Of a stretch of 64,000 nucleotides of DNA, positions 1-12,638 are shown piece after piece. The notes beneath the pieces were generated by a model. The model was not told where the DNA came from. It did not search any database and was given only the letters and a program-made list of their open reading frames with translations. Numbering within the stretch: position 1 is the first letter of the stretch; each line of letters starts with the position of its first letter. This DNA comes from Dendrobates tinctorius (Eukaryota), in NCBI RefSeq assembly GCF_039654945.1, contig NW_027361679.1, forward strand, positions 101,742,001-101,806,000. Reading direction: 5' to 3'. The position numbers were made by a program, and so were the translations under genes.

Positions 1-1085
1 GCGTGCTGTTTTTCTTCTGGCAAGAAAGATGTTCTCAATTGGGAAGTCTAGTAGGACCCCTAGGAATTTCTTCTTGGGTTCTGAAACCAGGTCCGACTTC
101 TTCCAATTTATGACCCATCCCAGCTTCTGAAGCATGGAGATCGAGATCTGGCAATGGTCCCTGAGCTGTCCCTCAGAGCTGACCATTATCAGGAAGTTGT
201 CTAGATAGAGGACTATGATGATGTCCCATTTCCTTAGGTAGGAGACTACCTCCACTACCAGCTTGGTGAATACCCTGGGTACTGAGGCTAGGCCAAAGGG
301 AAGACATCGGAACTCGTAGTGACGGACCCTCCCTTGGACCCTCAGAGCAAACCTTAGGAATCTCTGGTAAGAAGCATGGACTGGACCGTGATAGTATGCA
401 TTCTTTAAATTTAGGGTTCACATCACCATATTTTTGGCTATAACAGGAATCATAAATTTGATGGATTCCATCTTGAACTTCTTGCATCTTATCCATTGGT
501 TTAAGGGATTGGGGTATATTATTGCCCTACTCTCTCCTGAGGGTTTCATTACTGAGAAGAGGCTGGAGTAATGGCCATTGCACTTGTCCTGCTTGTGGAC
601 CGGGACTACTGCTCCAATCTTTAGTAAGTCCTGGACATCTGTCCATATAGGGGAGGCGGCTGACTGAATTCAGGAGTTCGTTATTATGAACCTTTCAGGG
701 GGTAGATGGGTGAACTCTATTTTGTAACCGTTGGAGACTATCTCTAAGAGCCATAGATTTTCTGAGATCTCCTGCAGGGCAACCAAGGTTGTGGAGTTGG
801 TAAGCCAAACCTTCGACTCCGACTTCTCAATTTCCATGACACCAACTCCCTCATACATGGCTCATGTTTAAGTTTAAGCGATAAATTTACTGTAATAAAA
901 TGCTAACAACAGGCTTTTAATCATTATTATGATATAATAATCAAGTCATTTAGATAGAGCATAAAATATATTTATTGGAATACAACTTTACAACAAAAAA
1001 ACTTTTGCATATTTACAATTATACACTATGCAGTAAGTGGAAAAAAACAGTTTAACAAAAACGTACTGAATAACATTTGTGCAGT

Positions 1086-3928
1086 CTATGAATTTGTTCT
1101 GAGAAACAGTATCGCCTTCATCACATCCTCCATCATAGATTACCTCAAATCTGACCTAATTATTTTAAGGTTAGAGAACAACCTCTCTACACTAACTTGG
1201 GTTCATTGCAAAACAGTAACCACATGGGCAACATCTCTAACAATTTCAGGGTATAAAGGAAAGGCCTCTTGCACAGTCAGTTTTGATGAGCGATTAAACT
1301 CTTCTACGTCTTTGAGAGCAAGTGAAAAATTTTGCTGAAATATAGTCAATCTGTTTTCTATGGGAGTGGAATCTTTTTCCCTGTGGCAACGCTTTGCCTG
1401 CTCCATGTAGTCCAAATACTTTTCGAAATCAAATTCCTCATCTGATGAGGATGAAGAAATGGCGGCTGTGGTGAGCTCTCTTGATCTGACTTTTGAGGCA
1501 AGGCTCCCTCTGGTGGATACTGCTGGTAGTGGTGCTGGTCAACATGATGTTAACCTAACAGCTGCAGAATATAATTGGAGGAGTGGTGGTAGTGACTGGG
1601 ACTACATAAGTGAGCATACTTCTCTCAGTGACTGCCGGTGATACTCCTTTCTCTGCTTACTGAGGATTTCTGTCTGCTGCCTGATCCTGCGTTTTTTAAG
1701 CTAAGTGTCACTTGCTAAACCCTTTGCATCTGTTTTTGCCTTGCTGTCAGGGGTCAGCTTGCTCCCCCTGGGGCTGCTGGCTCCTGTCCTGTATTTTTGT
1801 ATTTTGTGTTTGTTTGCTCAGTCCCCGGCTGTATTAGCCTGTTGCTAGCCGCCAGTTCACACCTGAGTGCTGATATAGTAGGGGCGAGGTTGTTCAAACC
1901 TCAGTATTTTTGTACATCAGTCGTGTTGGATTTATTAGGGTTTTTGCATGATTGCAGACAGTGCCTTTTCTGTCCTGTCCTATCTAGTCAGTGTGGGCCC
2001 ATCATTTGCTCAGTCTATTTTCTGTCTGGGTTTGTGCTTCATCTTGTCTCACCGACAATATATGTTTGGGGGCTGTCTATTCCTTTGGGGATCTGCTCCG
2101 CGGTAGTTTAGATTTCACCTTTCTGTCTTTAGGCTTAGTTAGTCTTCCGGCTGTGACAAGGCATCTAGGGCAACATAGGAACGCTCCACGGCTACTGCTA
2201 GTTGTGTTTTTAAGATCAGGGGTCTGCAATCCGCTGAGTGACCAACCTCTCTGGTGTTCTGGTGGCATAGCCTATTGCGCTCTCCTCCTCGGTGACCCAT
2301 TCATAAAAGGCGGCAGCAGCACTGGCAGGACCCGAGTCCTCTTGCTCTTGGCCGTCCTGTAGCCCACTCATCCTAACTGTTACCTCAATCAGAGCTTTTT
2401 TCCTTTAGTAAGCTGTTGATCATCCAGCAATATACGATGACTCAGGTCCACAGAAACAGCTGCCAGAAGAATTTTATTTTCTAATAACAGTGTCTCTCTC
2501 CGTTTCATTGAAGCAACAATGCAATGTGCTATTAAACCTCCTCTTCGGGACAGGCAAAACAACAAGTTCTTCCACTCCTTTACGAAAATGCCAGGAGTTA
2601 AGTCCTCAGCTTGTAACTTTTTAGTCACTGTAAATGGTGATGAAGCAATTCCTTCAATTCAGCCACCTGTGTCCATTGACCTTCAAGTAGTGTTAACTGA
2701 GGGTTGGCCATATCTACAAGGAAGGGTTTCAGCTCAAGCAATTGCTCAATCATTAAATAGTTGCTGCCCCACCGAGTGGCTTGATCCATAATTGCCCCTT
2801 TTCCCGCATGTGTCCTCAAGATGGAATCAATTTTAGGGGTTCTGGCAGCAATAGCCAATTTCCTCACTTTGCTAATCAGAGTTCCAGCATGTCCCTCTTG
2901 CAGATTATCTTTTATTGCCAGCTGCAGCGTGTGCACAACTCAGGGCATGTGATGAACAGGAAAGAGGTGTAAAGCAGCTTCAACAAGATCATCTAATTGT
3001 AAAGAATAATTTTGCTGTTCTTCTGTAGTGATATCTGTTTGTTGCTCCGTTATGGGAACAGGACTGTGGCCTTTCATCTCCAACATACTGAATGTGAAAT
3101 ATTCTTCTAGCTGCTGTTCACCTTCATTATTCTCATTCATCAGTTTAATTGTACTTATGTTTGAAGCATTATCAGTTACAATTACAAGAACCTGTTCTTT
3201 TTTGAGTTCATACTCTTGCAGAACTTTTTCCACTAAGGTCTGGAGAAACTGACTGCTGTGATGAACTTTAGTATCTTTTTCTGCTAGCATCTTAGTAACA
3301 GTTTTTTTGTTGTCATAAACATATCGAATGTTGATAGCAAAATAGTTCACTCTGTGACATGTGCAGGCATCCAGTTTAAGAAACACAAAGCGTCTCTTGA
3401 GAGTCTTTTTAAGATCTTCCTTTTAGTTAAGGGCTTCTTCAATCACTAATTTTCTAATACTTTCTCTTTCCAGAGAAGCACCAAGTTTGGGGGCCATTTC
3501 TCCATTAAGAGCTGTAAAAGCTGGTCATGCAAATAATGATAATGGTACACTGTCCTTCACAACAAGCTCGATGAGCTGTCTTTTAAACACATCTACTGTC
3601 ATTGTTACAGTAACTTTGTCATTTACAGTACAAAATATCTTGTTACTGATGTTTGAGATGCTCTTTCCTCCTCCTTGGCCTGGTAGGAAGTGCTGGTCTA
3701 CGGTTTCTTGGTGGTCCTGAGATCTTTTTCAATCACAGCTTTGTAAACTTCTGGGTTGCAGCGTTGTAAATGTCTTTTTAGATTCGAAGCTATTGAAGGA
3801 GCATTTTTATCACTGCCTGAGTATGCACTGATTTTGGCATCACAGCATTTGTTTTAAAAAAAATTTTTATCTTGAGTCACTGTGAAATGCTCATATACAG
3901 CTGACTTCATAGGATGCTTCTTAGACAT
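1086..3928 (-). pseudogene. hAT transposase (BED finger, RNase H DDE core, C-terminal dimerisation domain), frameshifted
   Basis: MSKKHPMKSAVYEHF..SNLKRHL (BED-like); FLKLDACT..IVTDNASN; VHTLQLAIKD; DQATRWGS; TQVSVERLFSNLKIIRSDLR..ILFLRTNS*. Confidence 0.88.
1467..2308. mobile_element. Solo LTR inserted in the hAT transposase
   Basis: Ends TGTGGTGA...TCATAAAA (decayed TG..CA). Direct repeat GGCGGC at 1461-1466 and 2309-2314. hAT coding sequence resumes on both sides. Confidence 0.7.
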
Positions 3929-4788
3929 TTTGTAATTATGTAAATTCACTCTCAAAATAATTTTGTCCTGTAAAACAATAAGGTATATTGTAATTCTTGC
4001 AAGAATAGGGAATCATGCACTGCATAATTAAGGATAGAAATAAAACAATCTTTTCATAAATCAATAGGACAGGATGATAAGTGTAAAGTTTGTAAAATAT
4101 GTTGTTAGATAGCTTTACCCTGAATTTTCAGTGTCAGACTTTTCTCAGGGTACATCTCACTAAATGCTTCACATCATATTTCTTCACATGCTATGAAGAG
4201 GGGAGGAGGGAGGGAGCAAGTTTGTGCTGAATCATATTCCAGAACACACACACAAAAAAATAAATATGTCCTCATCGATTCTGTTACTGTGTTTCTGAAT
4301 TTGAGAGGTTAGAAAACAGTTTTTCCCCTTATATTCTATGTATAGTGTATATAAGTCATCAGAGCAGCTAATTTCTGCAAACATGAGCTAAGAGGAAAAA
4401 CAAACTAAAACATCAAGCATACTGAGACAACATTTACTGGACTATTGATTTATGCACAGTTTATTGAAAGTTAATCCTGCTTTCCTGTTCACTCCAGAAG
4501 TTTTGAGATGAATGCAGGCATTCCTTCCCTGTGTGTTATTTTTCCCCTTATCTGTAGAGGAGGAGCTTCACTACAGATCATGAACATAAACTGCAGCACA
4601 TATTCATCTCAGCTAAAAGTCTAGACCTTAGATTAGGAATAGGACAGACAATTATAGGACATTTCTTAACTTTCCCTAATTCTTATGAAAAAAATATTCC
4701 CCACAAACTGCATTGAACTATTGTACCCAATTTATTATATATTTTAGGAGTGGGAGTTGGTCCATTTTATACCGACTCCACAGCCCTG

Positions 4789-5820
4789 CCAGGAACCGCC
4801 CTAGCCGTCCCCCTACTCTCATGGGGTCACTTTCTACCTGAGCCTCAACCAAAAATGGAGGTCTTACCCCTACCTCTCTTGGGGTAACTCCATCTGCCCA
4901 TTTTTCCTTTCCCCTTATAGCCCGATTTTTGGCTAGGTTGGGGCCTACGAAAGGGCTGATAATTCTTTGGTTTCTCCTCAGAGAACCCCTTATTTTGTCT
5001 GATGCCTTTTCTAGAATATCATCCAGAAAAGGCCCAAACACTATTACCCGAGAAGGGAATAGAACTGAGCTTACTTTTGGACTGAGTGTCCCCGACCAAG
5101 TCTTTAACCAGATAGCCATTTGGGCAGCATTGGACAAAGACCCATTCATGGCTGTGAATTGTACAGATTCTGCCGATGTGTCAGCCATGAAACCAGTCTC
5201 CAGTTTCAGGAGGGGAAAGGATTTTAGGATCGTGTCCCTGGGAGTCTTAGATCTCAAATGTTCCTCTAAGTCGTCAACCCATAAGTGCATGGACCAAGCC
5301 ACCGAGGTTGCCACGATATTGGCTCGGACTATGGCTGCCGAGGTTTCCCAGGTTCTTTTAAGGAAACCATTCGCCTTCCGGTCTATGGGTTCTTTCAACC
5401 TAGAGGAATCTTCAAATGGGATGAAGTTCTCTTCGCCACTTTGGCTACCGGAACGTCTATCTAGGGGATGTCTTCCCAGGCTTTGATATCTTCTGGCTCA
5501 AAGGGTAAGCGGAGCTTAAAGTCTCTCGGCATGACCAGTCTTTTTTCTGCATCCTCCCATTCCTCCATGATCATAGAACAAATGTGGCTGTTGACCGTGA
5601 ACACTCTACTTCTCTGGGATCGTAACCCCCCAATCATCTCGTCCTGTATGGAGAGGGGTTTTGGGGTTTCCTCCACCTGCATGGTATCTCGTGCCGCACG
5701 AAGGAGTTTGTCCGAGTCGTCGGAGGAAAAGAGGTACTGCTTCCCTCCCTCTGGTGGGTCAGTAAAGACTTTCCCTTCCTCCTGGTCGGATTCATCCGAT
5801 ATCTCATCTTCAGAGGACAT
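4789..5820 (-). pseudogene. DIRS ORF1 (gag-like) remnant
   Basis: ORF track 4718..5398 KEPIDRKANGFLKRTWE..AESVQFTA..SNAAQMAIWLKTWSG and 5461..5820 resemble vertebrate DIRS ORF1; frameshifted. Confidence 0.75.
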
Positions 5821-6524
5821 TTTTATCTCCCTTGGTCTTTTACGGGACCCTTCCTGGGATTAGGATTGTGAGGTATGAGAGTATACTATCCCGTAAATTG
5901 ATGCCTGGACCTCCTCTCTTATTATAGACCTCATGTCTGAAAGCAAAGAAGTCTGTTCTTCTCTGATGATTTTCAAAGTGCAGGGTTCACATAGGTGTTT
6001 CTGCCAGGTCTCTGGAAGTTTGGCGTTACAGATAATACATCATTTAACTCTCCCTTACTTTTTGTTATCCTTCTTTGGAGTTGCCGAGGTGGTGTTTCTC
6101 CATAGATTACACAGAGTATATGCCATGTGTTTCCAAGTGTAGGGTAAGGGCTAAAGTGGGTGATGCTTTGCAAGCTTATTCACATGTCCCTGGCTTTGTG
6201 ACAAGCCAATGTCTGAGCCGAGAGTCCCCAGGCAGGGGAAAGCGGCTCACAACTCAGAAGCAGCGCTTCACTGAGGTAGGCTGAGGGACCCCCCATCGGA
6301 GGGTGTCGGCCGCAGATCGCTTGATAGCAGGAAGCAAAAGGCTGGGTCCCCCTGATCCACGCTGATCTGCCCGATGCAGCCAGGGATAGGAGCTTCCTCT
6401 TGTCGTTCCTATCCTCATTGGGACAGGAAAAAACACTGAGGGGGTGGAGATGGGAGGGTCCTTTTAATCTCTCGTTGTTTCCTGTCCCAATGAGGATAAG
6501 GACGTCATCCATGGTGCTGTCAGG

Positions 6525-7368
6525 ATTGGTGAACTGGAAAAGTTCTATTTTGGTCTCATTTGACCACTTGACCTTTTCCCATGCCTCCTCTGGATCATCC
6601 AGATGGTCATTAGTGAACTTTAACTGGGACAGGACATGTGCTGGCATAAGCAGGGGCCCTTGCGTTCCCTGCTGGATTTTAATACATGATGGTGTAGCGT
6701 GTTACTAATGGTAATGTTTGAGACTGTGGTCCCAGCTCTCTTCAGGTCATTGACTAGGTCACCCCATGTAGTTCTGGGCTGATTCCTGATTTTTCTCAGT
6801 ATCATCCATATCCCACCAAGCGAGATATTGAACCCCAGACGGAGGAAGATTGATAGTCATCTTGTGTTTCTTCCATTTTCTAATAAATGTGCCAACAGTT
6901 GTTGCTTTCTCACCAAGCTGTTTGCCTATTGTCCTGTAGCCCATCCCAGCCTTGTACAAGTCTACAATTTTGTCCCTGTGTGTCCTTAGACAGCTGTTTC
7001 ATTTTGGCCATGGTGGAGAGGTTGGAGTGTGATTGATTGTGTGGACAGGTGTCTTTTAGACAGGTAACGAGAGCAATTAATACAGGTAATGAACGCAGAG
7101 TAGGAGGGCTTCTCAAAAAAAAAACTAACAGGTCTGTGAAAGCCAGAATTCTTGCTGGTTGGTATGTGATCAAATACTTATTTAATGCAATAAAATGCAA
7201 AATAATTATGCAAAATTCATACAATGTGATTTTCTGTTGTTTTTTTTTTAAGATTCTGTCCCTCACAATTGAAGTGTACCTACGATAAAAATTACAGACT
7301 TTTCCATTCTTTATAGGTGGGAAAACTAACAAAATTGTCAGTGTATCAAATACTTATTTTCCCCACTG
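6525..7368 (-). mobile_element. Tc1-like transposon, truncated (one TIR plus transposase N-half)
   Basis: TIR CAGTGGGGAAAATAAGTATTTGA with flanking TA at 7369-7370. [27 protein letters not shown]..; WEKVKWSNETKIELF. Confidence 0.88.
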
Positions 7369-7811
7369 TATATATCTTATAAATACTGTAGCCCACACAG
7401 AGAAATGTATTGGATGAGCCAGAAAAATATATATCAACCTGACACAATCAATATACCAACAATCAATATAAAAATAAGTCTATGCGTATATATTTCTCAA
7501 AGCAATGTCTCCTCCTTGTGGGGTAGTTAAAAATAACATCAGTATATCTGAACAAAGTTATCTCACATCTGTACAGATTCAGTAGCTAATAGACCCAGTT
7601 AATATATTTTAATATAGGTGTATAGAATGCTTCCCAAAAATGTGTTGAATGCATGTCAGCACCAGACGTTAAGTAGACATTATAACCATAAGAGAAACTA
7701 AGTCAGACATGATTGAAAAGAAAAAGCACAAAACAGTTACCACCACACGTTTTGTACTATGGATTTCTCATTTTTGCAAACTCCTTGTAACATGTATGAC
7801 TTTTCTTTAAG

Positions 7812-7980
7812 GGTGGGTTTCCTCCGGGTACTCCGGTTTCCTCCTACATTCCAAAGACATACTGATAGGGAATTTAGATTGTGAGCCCCAGCCGGGACAG
7901 TGATGATGATAATGTCTGCAAACTGTAAAGCGCTGCGGAATATGTTAGCGCTATATAAAAATAAAGATTATTTATTATTA
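7812..7980 (+). mobile_element. V-SINE, 5'-truncated
   Basis: V-domain GGGTTTCCTCCGGGTACTCCGGTTTCCTCC..TCCAAAGACAT followed by L2-like tail GTAAAGCGCTGCGGAATATGTTAGCGCTATATAAA and (TTA)n. Confidence 0.8.
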
Positions 7981-8096
7981 AGGGGAATTGAAACCCCAGT
8001 CTGCTTTGAAATCTGTGCCAAGGAGAGACCTTGCTGATGCAGCATAAATACAGATAAATGAACAGGAACATCATTTTAACCTGACACAATAACTTG

Positions 8097-9225
8097 CCGC
8101 AATGCCAGCCTCCCCTCACTCATGGAGCAGGTTCCAGACCTCCTGCTCCCTGGCCTTTTTCTTCCGGATGACATCCGCGACCCAAACGGAGGGTCTGGTG
8201 TAGGCCCCGGAGTCCAGTGGGCGGGACACAGCCAGGGTTGAGAGCGGGGCAGAGGCGGCCGTAGATGTCGGTGGCCCAGCAGCCGTTGGGGCCGGGCGGC
8301 GGATAGGGGCATCCGTGATTCCTGGCAGATGGGCCGCAGAGCCTGACAAGCAGGCCGCGGCCAACTCCGGTGGTGACGCATATGCGGCCGCGGGGCAGGC
8401 TGCAACCGGAGTCGCAGACAGGGCCGAAGCGGCGGCCGGCTTCAAGGGACAGGCCGCTGCTGGCAGGTGGAACGCAGCAGCGTCAGCCACGGACTGGCTC
8501 CGCACTGGCGACACTGGACGTGGCGCCGCCGGGCGGGGTGGCTCGGGGACGGGAGCAGGGGCATCGCTCAGCCCGGCGGAGGCCGCAGAGCCCTCCACAG
8601 CCGGGAATCCTGGAGCGCAGGAGGCCGCGCAGTGCGGCCGGATGGTGGGGGCCACTTGCGGAGCTGCCGGCAGAGCCGGGGGAACTCTCACCTTCCCCGG
8701 CGCCACGGTCTCCGACACGTCATCCCGCAACTCCTCCCTCAGCCTCCATTCTTCACCCCGCCGTCCGGCAGGGCCAGCCTCCGGGCTCGGGGATCCTGCA
8801 GGGAGGCTCCCCGGTGATGTATTCAGCGGCCGCTCCCGCGGGGTCCGCCGTCGCTCCTCTTCTCCGCCCGTAGTCTGGAGGACTGTCCGTGACTACAAGA
8901 AGCAGGTCTTCCAGCGAGACTCGATCTCCCGACGCGATTGCCACTCCAGGCGTCCGAGGCCATGGCAACTGCAGCGTCGCATCCCGTCCGGTGGGCAACA
9001 GTCGAATGGCGCGAAGCAGCCGCAGCCGACCTTCTCTCCCTGACCACTCCTGCTCCTGGGTGGGACGGTGGCCGACTTCTCCACCCAGTTGCCCGGGTCC
9101 AGTATGAGGGGTGGCGGCCTCCAGACACACCACTCCCCCCAGGGGTACATTGGAGGGGGCCACAGTCTGTCCAGAACGACTGTAAATGCCCAGGACTCTT
9201 CCCAGCGCTGAAGTACCACCGCCAT
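8097..9225 (-). pseudogene. LTR-element ORF copy A (Cys cluster plus Pro/Ala-rich region), truncated just before the cold-shock domain
   Basis: ATG at 9225 in AATATGG context. ORFs 8893..9321 and 8116..8730 are in the same frame, separated by a TAG where copy B has GAG. TGA at 8116 corresponds to AGA in copy B. Confidence 0.75.
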
Positions 9226-10165
9226 ATTGGACGGAATCTGGTGCCGCCCCGGATCGACTGATGGCAGCGATGATCCGGAACAACGTCCCCAATTTATAAT
9301 CCACCGGTGTTTGTAATCCACAGGTATTTGTAATCCACAGGGGAGCAGTCCAAGTCCTTCTAGTTTCTCCAGACGCAGGCCTGCCGCGGAAGGTGTCGTA
9401 TTAGCGGCGGCGAACCTGCCGACTACGCCAAATGTGGTAGGGGCCGGGGATGGGGGTTGGACCGCTGCTTACCAGACGAGGCAAAGACGAGACAGAGACA
9501 GAATCCAGTTGTAACAGTTCCAGGTTTATTTCGTCATCCTCCTGATGACCACTGTCACGCACCGCAGCCACTTTACAATTCTCTGTTTCTAGGCCCGGGT
9601 ACCTTTTCACCTTTCCCTTTAGTAGTGTTAGCGTCCCTCGTGGATCTTTCACTGGGGCTGTCCTAGACCAATCTACCGCCAGCGCTTCACCTGTCCGAGA
9701 TCGCCGTCCAGTCGGTACTCCCGGGGCCTCACTTGTTCTGCGGTACGTCACCTCGCCTGTCCTGCGATACGTCGTGTCAGGGCCACCCCCCTGACTGTCC
9801 TCTCCTGTCAGTCCCCTGGCCAAGCTTTCTCCGTTCTCTGTCTTCTGACTTCCTCTGCTAAGCTCCTCCCAGGACTGACCACTCTGGAACCCCAACCACT
9901 CCTACTTATCCCCTCTCTCACCGGGAATTCCCCTCCTGGGTTCCTATCTCCCCGCCCCCCATGACTGTGCGTTTCTCGAGCCATAAGCCGTTGTTAAGTC
10001 CAAAGCTACTCTCCATTGCCATCTTGTGGTCATTTCTCGGTACTGCACTCTCCTATCTCCCTTTCCTAGCTGTCACCCTTCTAACCTGTCAATCTCTGTC
10101 TCTAGTGCATAAACCGTCCCCGCCTACTACCAGTCAAGTCTGTCCGTCAAGTCACCTTCCCCACA
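8097..10165 (-). mobile_element. Non-autonomous LTR retroelement, copy A (5' LTR 9433-10165, PBS, ORF; 3' part deleted)
   Basis: LTR TGTGGGGAAGG...TACCACA on minus strand. PBS TGGCGTAGTCGGCAGG at 9415-9430. Same right flank (CCTGCTAAGAGGAGG) as copy B. Confidence 0.88.
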
Positions 10166-10564
10166 CCTGCTAAGAGGAGGAGCTGACACACCTCCTTCCC
10201 TGCCTGATAGCTGCTCCTCTAATGCCCTGCAGTACAGAAGCATAGCAAGTATCAGATCAGTGATCTGTCACTATACAGTGATGTCCCATCCTGGGACAAT
10301 GTAAAAAAATTAAAAAAAAGTTATTACAAAATAAAAAAAACTAATATAAAGAACAAAAATAAAGAAAAAATATTATTACAATAATTACATTTATTTATGT
10401 AAAAAAAAAGTACACGGATTTGGTATCGTCTCTTTTGGAACGTTCCAACCTGCAAACTGTCCCACTAGTTAACCCTGTCAGTGAACACCGTAAAAAATAG
10501 GCAAAAATATGCTTAATAATCATATTGCCGAATCAAAAGTGCAATAAAACATGATCAGAAAGAC

Positions 10565-12336
10565 CAGTGGCGGATTAAGTGGACCATGGGCCCGGGGCTG
10601 TTCATAAAACCTGGGCCCTAGTACCCCCCTTCCCAGCAAAACATTTTCTGTAAAAATTTTGTGGCTCTTCTCACAAAAACACTGCATATGCTGATTTTTA
10701 GGTATACAAATTGTAACATTTATTACACCATAAAAACAAAGAAAAATTACTTTTTTCTCACAAGAAATTGTATTGTATGGTCAAACAATATAAATAATAT
10801 TAAATATTCCTCAAAATCATCAGTCAAAATATATAATGTGGTATATACTGGCCTGTATTTCTTCATACAAGGTAAACATAAGGCTACATTCACCGTACCA
10901 CATGTAAGTGCAAATAAGAACATGTAAACATAATATTAAACAATAATTCAACATAATTATTTATCTATACAGATGTATATCTGTGTGGGTGGTAGCCTAA
11001 CAGGAAAAGTGCAATGAGCACAGGCAACAATTTCTTAATGGACTAGAAACGTGGATTTTTTTTGACACTGAAGATCATAAACTGCTCACAGACTTTTTCG
11101 GCGAGATTTTTTGGTGCTAAAGTCGTTGATGATTTCTGAGAGGTCTAGACTCTTCAAAAGCTCTTGTTCAATGCTCATTAAAGAGAGATGATTGAGTCTG
11201 TCTTGTCCCATTTGACTCCTCAACTCATTTTTAATTCGTTTAAGTTTTGAAAAGAATCTCTCACCTGTGCAGTTTGAATCCATCATGCATAAATACAGCT
11301 AGCTGAGCGCTGCGGTCCCCGTGCGGGAATTGACAGCCGTACGGACCGCAGCACTTGGTTTGCTGCAGGTCCGTACGGAAAACCCGCCACCATTCCGCCA
11401 CGTGTGGACATGGCCTAAAAAGACGTTGCACATAAGCTGTAGGCCTACGGCCAATACGCACAAAATCGCCCAACGTGAACCTGGCCATAGGGGACGTGAT
11501 GTGAGGACCTGAATGGGTTACGTTACATAATGCGTGCAGTGCACTGCTTACTGGCCCGAGGCTGTTCCTAAAGTCTGGGCACCTGGCACCCCTCTTGACC
11601 AAGGCCCCCCCCCTGCCCACCCCCCCATGCCCCCAACCACCACATAAAGTAGGTGAGAGAAAGATGTGGTAGGCAACTAAGGGCTAAAACACGTGTGCCG
11701 GCGATCAAGGACGGAGGCCCAGATGTTATGAGGTGTACTCTTAGAGGGTAATCATCAATAGGCAGGAAATGTACATTCAGTTTATAATGTTTAATGAGCA
11801 ATCAACATAGGGCTAAAATACATGTATAACAAAGAGTGTTTTTCCCCACATCCACATGAGTCAGTCATGACATACCTCCGCCCCACCCTGCTGCGACTTA
11901 CCCCCAAGTTCGGAAAGGTGAGGAACAGGCAGTGCTGCTGCTGCAACACTGTCCACCAGGCACCAGAGAGTTCTTCTTCCTCCTGTGATACACGGCGTCG
12001 GCTGGGCTGTCAGTTGCCGGGCCCCGCTGTATCTATGGACACCAACGAAGGGGAGGGAACAGAGGAGCCGCTGCCAGAGTGTGAGTGGCCAGTGTCACTC
12101 TGATGCAGCCACGTGATGTCAGTTGCTGGCCGGAATGAGCGCGGACGCTGCGGAGAGAGGGGAGGAGGATCAGGTGACTGAGCCAGCCATTCAGCGCAAC
12201 GCAGCCGCCGACAATTGCTGCGACACGCGACTATTGGGGGAAGCCAAAATTGCGCTGCGGCGGCTCCAGATTGGCCCCCAAAAAACCTTGGGCCCGGGGC
12301 GACCGCCCCATCCGCCCCAATTAAGATCCGCCACCG
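10565..12336 (-). mobile_element. Internally deleted hAT transposon (Tip100/Charlie-like C-terminus), present only in copy A
   Basis: TIRs CAGTGGCGGAT / ATCCGCCACCG. Perfect 8-bp TSD AGAAAGAC (10557-10564, 12337-12344), single copy at the empty site ~29620. ORF 11086..11286 NCTGERFFSKLKRIKNELRSQMGQDRLNHLSLMSIE is the hAT dimerisation domain. Confidence 0.92.
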
Positions 12337-12638
12337 AGAAAGACGACTATAAATAAAAATGGCATCGCTGAAAACTGTCTTGTCCCACAAAAAACAAGTC
12401 CCCACAAAGTTCCGTCAGCAGAAAATTAAAAAAGTTATAGCTCTCAGAATAAATCAATGTAAAAATAATTATATTTTCTATAAAATAGTTTTTATTGTGT
12501 AAAAGTGCCAAAACATAAAAAACATGATATTAATGAGGTATTGCTATAATCATACTGACCTGAAGAATAAAGCTGCCTTATAGATTTTACCACACTCAGA
12601 ATGGTATAAAAAAAAAAAAAAAATTCCTAAATTGCTGG

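Larger units (their letters stand above)
784..4788 (-). mobile_element. hAT DNA transposon, full length, with decayed transposase
   Basis: TIRs CAAGGTTGTGGAGTTGGTA (784) and TACCGACTCCACAGCCCTG (ends 4788). The TSD is only degenerate (AGGGCAAC / CCAGGAAC). DIRS reading frame is continuous across the insertion. Confidence 0.88.
1..6515 (-). mobile_element. DIRS1-like tyrosine-recombinase retrotransposon, degraded, runs off window start, split by a hAT insertion at 784-4788
   Basis: Minus strand 1-783 reads KKFKMESIK..LKNAYYH..QRFLRF..HYEFRCLPFGLASVPRVFTKL..LYLDNFLI..LQKLGWVINWKKS..FLG (DIRS RT). The pol start MRVGGRLGRFL (just right of 4788) rejoins ALQEISENLWLLEIVSNGYKIEF (left of 784). ORF1-like pieces at 4718-5398 and 5461-5820. 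Terminal hairpin at 6410-6498. Confidence 0.85.

Noticed and set aside
9226-9321. MDYK... start (FLAG-like) given in the ORF track for the LTR-element ORF
   Set aside because: The codon is GTG within a leader repeat; the first in-frame ATG is at 9225 (28294 in copy B). Resemblance to the FLAG tag is coincidental.
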